A stretch of 58,760 nt of DNA from a virus (Duplodnaviria > Caudoviricetes), in the IMG/VR virus record IMGVR_UViG_3300037502_000670, positions 1 through 58,760 of that record; one strand, given 5' to 3'. This document shows positions 54,463 through 58,760 of this stretch, in pieces (within the stretch, counting starts at the first letter, position 1; every line of letters starts with the position of its first letter). Made by a program: the position numbers and the translations under genes. The notes under the pieces are model-generated. The model saw only the letters and a list, made by a program, of their open reading frames with translations. It was not told the origin of the DNA and did no database searches.

Positions 54463-55497
54463 ATGGGTCTCTGGAAATCAATCAAGCGCGCAGCCCGTAG
54501 CGTAGGCAAGTTCGTTAAAAAGAACTGGAAAGCCATCGTCGGTGTGGCCGCTGCCGTTGCTATTCCGTTCGTGGCACCGATCATCGGTGGTGCTCTTGCG
54601 GGTAGCGCCTTCCTGTCCAGTGTGGCCCCAAGTGTAGCAGGGTTTCTAGGTACAGCGGGCGGTAGTGCCCTTATCGGTGCTGGTCTCGGCGCTGGCGCTG
54701 CCGGTATCACCGGGCAGAACCCCCTTCTCGGCGCAGCCCTTGGCGGTCTCGGCGGCTATGCTGGCGCTGGTGGTCTGAGCGGTATGTTTGGCGGTATCGG
54801 TGGCGGCGCTGCCGCTCCCACGGCTCCTCTCGGCGCTGGTGCATTTGCTCCCGCAACCGGCGGCATTATCGACATCGGTGCTGCTACCGGTATCAATGCA
54901 GCCACTGGTCTGGCTGCTCCCGCCGCTGCTGCCGCCACGGGCGGTTTGTCCGGCACGCTCAGTTCCATCGCTGGCAAACTGGCGACTGATCCGAAGGCTA
55001 TCGGCGCTCTTGGCCAGCTTGCCATGACCATGTTCAACAAGGACATGGGTGAACTTACTGACGAAGAGCGGGCGCAGCTTGAGGAAGTCGCGGCACAGGC
55101 CGGTACGAACCGGGCTCTGTTCGAGCAGCAGGTCATGGAAGCCCGCCGCCTTATCAATATGGGCACGCCTAATCCCGAACAGGCATATGCCAACGCCCGC
55201 TTCGCCGTTGACCAACAGCTTCAGGAAGCTCGTCGCGGTATGCCAGCGGGGCTGCAGGAGGCAGCCGAACGCAAGGCGGCAATCGCCGGTACTCAGGTCG
55301 GTCTGCAAAACGTGGCTGCTGATTATGCACAGGCCGCGCAGACCCGCGCCGCTGGCCTTCAGGCGCTCCCGACCGAAGCGCCCACTGGTTATGCCCAGCT
55401 TGCCATGCCGACTTACAACTCTCTGTACGAACGCCGCAACGCTCTTGCTGAACAGCAGAACAAGGCTCTTGGAAACTTGTTTGGCGCTCTCGCCTAA
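54463..55497 (+). CDS. Putative ejection/DNA-pilot protein
   Basis: Basic amphipathic N-terminus, long Gly/Ala hydrophobic stretch and Gln/Ala helical C-terminus. Confidence 0.7.
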   Translation: MGLWKSIKRAARSVGKFVKKNWKAIVGVAAAVAIPFVAPIIGGALAGSAFLSSVAPSVAGFLGTAGGSALIGAGLGAGAAGITGQNPLLGAALGGLGGYAGAGGLSGMFGGIGGGAAAPTAPLGAGAFAPATGGIIDIGAATGINAATGLAAPAAAAATGGLSGTLSSIAGKLATDPKAIGALGQLAMTMFNKDMGELTDEERAQLEEVAAQAGTNRALFEQQVMEARRLINMGTPNPEQAYANARFAVDQQLQEARRGMPAGLQEAAERKAAIAGTQVGLQNVAADYAQAAQTRAAGLQALPTEAPTGYAQLAMPTYNSLYERRNALAEQQNKALGNLFGALA

Positions 55498-55507
55498 GGG
55501 GACTTAA

Positions 55508-57814
55508 ATGGCCGCACCGCAACAGTATTCCGGCAGGGGTTTTATCCTTGGCGGCGTGACCGACGAAACTCCAGACTGGCTAGGTTCATACACTGAAGGC
55601 GTCGAGGGCGCGCAGCGTATGCGCGAAAACGAACTGCGCCAGCAGGAAGCGCGCCAGCGCATGGCTGAGAACGCTGCTGCGGAGCAGCGCCGTGCGGCTA
55701 CATTTGCCAATGAGCAGGCTGACCGCGCTCGTCTTGAACAGGCATGGGCCGGACAGGGCGGTTTGCCCGGACTGCAGACCCCGGAAGGTCCAGCACTTGG
55801 TCCGATGGAGCCGATGAATATCCCGGCTCCGCGTGCGCCGTCTGCCCAGTATGCGGAAGAACTTGCCCCTGTTACGCCCCGTGGTGCGGGCGCGATCACG
55901 CGTGATGAGTACATTAAACTGTTGCCTGAGTGGGCCCGGCTTGAGCAGGCCGAGGGCCTGCCGAACAATTATCTTGAAGCGATCTCCATGCTGGAAAGCT
56001 CCGGTGGCGTAAACACCGGCACAGGCCAGTTCACGGGTATCTTCCAGATCGGACCTGAAGTCGCCAAGGACTTCGGTGTTACGCCCGAGCAGCTTCGTGA
56101 TCCGCGTGTCAATGCTCAGGTGGCAGCCAAGCTGGCTGGCCGTAATGCAAGACTACTTCGTGCGCGTTTGAACCGTGAGCCGCAGCCGTGGGAGCTCTAT
56201 CTGGCGCACCAGCAGGGCGCTGGCGGGGCTGCTTCGCTGTTGCAGAACCCCAACGGTAATGTGGTTGACGTGCTGGCTGGAGCTTATGGCGGCGACCGCG
56301 CGCGGGCGCAGCAGGCTGTGATCCAGAACGGCGGCGATCCCAATATGACCGCTGGCGAGTTCGCCCAGCTTTGGGCGCAGAAGTTCAGTGGTGCGTTGCC
56401 GCAGCCTTTCACTGGTGGTCCCGGCCTTCAGGTTGAGGGTGAAGCGCCTCCGTCCATGGTAGCGACACCGAGCCCCACGGCTAGCCCGCTGCGTAACGAC
56501 ATCAATGAGTTCCTTGCCAAGCGCAATCGCAGGGACGTTTATTTTGGTATCATTGACCAGTTGCGGGAAAGCCCGCTTCGGGGCGTGTATGATTACCTGT
56601 TCAGCGATCAGGCTACGGCTGAACGCAACGCGGCGCAGTCTGCCGTCCGTGCAGAGGCGCTTCAGTGGTATCAGTCTGATGCGGCTGGTGCGTTTTTCGA
56701 TGCTAATCCTGCGGCGCTTGTCGAAGCGCAGCGCGACCCGATTGCTTTCTATCAGCAAAACAGCGGTGCTGTAGCCGGTGCGGCTGCGGAACCTACGGGT
56801 AAGACTGATCTCCCCGCTGGTGTCATGGAGCCTGCGGCTCCTGCTCCGACCGTACCTACCGCACCTCTTCCTACTCCCGGCGTGCAGACCCAGCCTGTTA
56901 CGGATCAGCAGGCTCTTGCGGCTGCTCAGGGTATCGCGGCTGACATCGTGCCGTCCGTTACTGCCGAGGACTTTGCTGGTATTTCCGCGCCGGGTCAGGG
57001 CACCATGACCCAGCAGATCATGCGGACGCCGCGCGGTCAGGTTCCCGTGCTGCCCGATAGCGGGCTCTATATCGCTGAGCCTGCCAAGATCAACGCCGAC
57101 ATGAACGAACTTATGGTGGCGCGTCAGTCGCTGGAGCGTCGCTACAATGATGCTCTCCGGTTCCGTGACCGTGAGACGATGGCTGCCATTGAAGACAAGG
57201 TGGTGCAGATCGACGCTGGTATCCGGCTGATGCAGAACATGCAGTCGATTGCCGCCCTGCAGGGTGGTGACGTGACCCAGATTTCGCAGACGCTTTCTCG
57301 TCTTACCAACGGCCAGACCCGCATCCAGCCGCGTTCTGATGGCACGTTCAATATCTACCAGAATGGCCAGATGGCTTATGAGGCCGTGCCGCAGGAAGCA
57401 CTTATCGCTTCTCTGCGGTCGATGTTCGACACACAGTATCAGGCTCAGGTTGCAGCCCGCGCCACTGCCGCTGCCGAAATGGAGAAGGAAATCCTCAAGG
57501 GCGACATCGAGACGAGGCGCGAGGTCGTCAAGCGCCAAGCGGATATGTACAAGGAACTGGCGATCAAGAACGCCGAGCAGCAGTACAACTCCGACCCGGC
57601 CAATGCGGAATACTCTGCCACGACCCAGACCATGGCGGATGGCAATCCGGTTCTGATCCTGACGCCCAAGCGCGGCGGGCTCCCACCGCAAATCTGGATG
57701 CTTGAGCCTGACATTGGTGTCGATGGTCAGCCCATTATGGGGCCGGACGGCGCTCCTAAACTTAACTGGAAGCAGCAGTCTACCAGTGGTATTAGTGCCG
57801 TACCGGTACAATAA
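55508..57814 (+). CDS. Ejection protein with lytic transglycosylase-like domain
   Basis: LESSGG..GIFQ..LYLAHQQG motifs. Confidence 0.78.
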   Translation: MAAPQQYSGRGFILGGVTDETPDWLGSYTEGVEGAQRMRENELRQQEARQRMAENAAAEQRRAATFANEQADRARLEQAWAGQGGLPGLQTPEGPALGPMEPMNIPAPRAPSAQYAEELAPVTPRGAGAITRDEYIKLLPEWARLEQAEGLPNNYLEAISMLESSGGVNTGTGQFTGIFQIGPEVAKDFGVTPEQLRDPRVNAQVAAKLAGRNARLLRARLNREPQPWELYLAHQQGAGGAASLLQNPNGNVVDVLAGAYGGDRARAQQAVIQNGGDPNMTAGEFAQLWAQKFSGALPQPFTGGPGLQVEGEAPPSMVATPSPTASPLRNDINEFLAKRNRRDVYFGIIDQLRESPLRGVYDYLFSDQATAERNAAQSAVRAEALQWYQSDAAGAFFDANPAALVEAQRDPIAFYQQNSGAVAGAAAEPTGKTDLPAGVMEPAAPAPTVPTAPLPTPGVQTQPVTDQQALAAAQGIAADIVPSVTAEDFAGISAPGQGTMTQQIMRTPRGQVPVLPDSGLYIAEPAKINADMNELMVARQSLERRYNDALRFRDRETMAAIEDKVVQIDAGIRLMQNMQSIAALQGGDVTQISQTLSRLTNGQTRIQPRSDGTFNIYQNGQMAYEAVPQEALIASLRSMFDTQYQAQVAARATAAAEMEKEILKGDIETRREVVKRQADMYKELAIKNAEQQYNSDPANAEYSATTQTMADGNPVLILTPKRGGLPPQIWMLEPDIGVDGQPIMGPDGAPKLNWKQQSTSGISAVPVQ

Positions 57815-57823
57815 GAGGACGAC

Positions 57824-58760
57824 ATGGTTGGATTGAAGGAACTCGACCAGTTTGACTATGGCGTCCAGTACCAGCGCGGTCAGCCGAGCACTACACAGGT
57901 ATCAGGTCTTGCCGGGCTAGCTTCGCCTGCTTCTCTGAACATTGCTGGTGCTACGCAGAACACCCTCGCGGACATGCGCCGTCTTGGTGAGATGCCGGTG
58001 GTCAAGCCGCCCCCGCCTCCTTCTGAGCAGGCCAGTAAGCCTGTGCTGGCAATCAGTCGTTCGACCGGTAAAATCTGGGCCAATGGCAAGCTGTTTACGA
58101 CTGACGACGCACAGGGTGCGATTGAGAGCGAGCAGTTTGTTGGCGGTGCGCCTGTCCCTGCGCCTGCTGTTGAAGCCAGCGACTGGGAACCCCTGTCGAT
58201 GGAAGCCTACTCGCAGCATCTCGCCAAGATCAAGAACCCCAGCCTGACGACACTGGCTGCCAAGGGTTTCGGTACCGGTATCGACACATCACAGATGCTG
58301 GCAGGCTACGGCCTGCAGTTCCTTGGTGCCACGGAGACTGGTCAGGGTATCGTCCGTCAGCAGCTTGAGGACATTCGCAAGAACGCTCCGTATCAGCGTA
58401 GCCTTGAGGACATCCCCGAGCGCGGCGTGCTGGAGTGGTTCGTTTCCAACCTTGCTCAGCAGGGGCCTAACCTGATCGAAAGCGCAGTGACTGCTGCGAT
58501 TGGTGCTGGCGCTGGTGCGCTGGCCGGTGGTGGTGCTAACCCGTTCACGGCTGCTGGTGGTGCCATTACCTCTATGGTCGGCAAGCAGGCGTTCAAGCAG
58601 GCTGTTCTGGCTGCGGCCAAGAAGTATACCGCAGGCGAAGCCCTTGATGCTGCCGAGAGCAAATTGCTCCGTGAAGCTGCCGGTATCACGGTCGCTGCCC
58701 GTAAGGAACTGTTCGACAAGATCGGCACTGTTACCGTGGACAAGGCGGGACGCGCCACTG
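57824..58760 (+). CDS. N-terminal part of the giant ejection protein, continuing through the junction into 1..6588
   Basis: GAGGA RBS before ATG 57824; 270 stop-free codons to 58633, in frame with base 1. Confidence 0.85.
   Translation, partial: MVGLKELDQFDYGVQYQRGQPSTTQVSGLAGLASPASLNIAGATQNTLADMRRLGEMPVVKPPPPPSEQASKPVLAISRSTGKIWANGKLFTTDDAQGAIESEQFVGGAPVPAPAVEASDWEPLSMEAYSQHLAKIKNPSLTTLAAKGFGTGIDTSQMLAGYGLQFLGATETGQGIVRQQLEDIRKNAPYQRSLEDIPERGVLEWFVSNLAQQGPNLIESAVTAAIGAGAGALAGGGANPFTAAGGAITSMVGKQAFKQAVLAAAKKYTAGEALDAAESKLLREAAGITVAARKELFDKIGTVTVDKAGRAT
58634..58760. repeat. Terminal direct repeat, copy of 1-127
   Basis: Exact match to the window start. Confidence 0.95.

Overview
The window is a complete, circularly permuted genome of a tailed phage with podovirus-type architecture, about 58.6 kb long. 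Bases 1-127 repeat exactly at 58634-58760, giving a unit length of 58,633 bp. There are two divergent arms. The leftward early/replication arm (27453 to 6589) encodes many small proteins, a MoxR AAA+/DUF3150-like/vWA-metallopeptidase module, nucleotide-pool enzymes, a Leu762-type PolA, nucleases, an SNF2 helicase, an SSB-like protein and an AEP primase-DUF927 helicase. The rightward late arm (27795 to 58633, then 1 to 6588) encodes terminase, a cluster of small basic proteins, several tailspikes, lysis genes, portal, scaffold, capsid, tail adaptor/nozzle and ejection proteins, including a ~2465-aa giant split by the assembly junction. An AT-rich, repeat-rich putative origin (~26170-26700) lies near the divergence. 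I saw no integrase, RNA polymerase, RNR, tRNA or CRISPR array. An alphaproteobacterial host is inferred, not proven. The most notable signal is an apparent RNA-level control layer: (1) a canonical type II hammerhead ribozyme just upstream of the MoxR gene; (2) a promoter/terminator-bounded ~88-nt sRNA after terL whose seed is complementary to a CCAACAGGAG box in many early-gene RBSs; (3) repeated GC hairpins in front of those RBSs. In addition, a small basic-protein gene with its own RBS is overprinted inside the giant ejection gene. All family names are assigned by motif recognition, not by database search.
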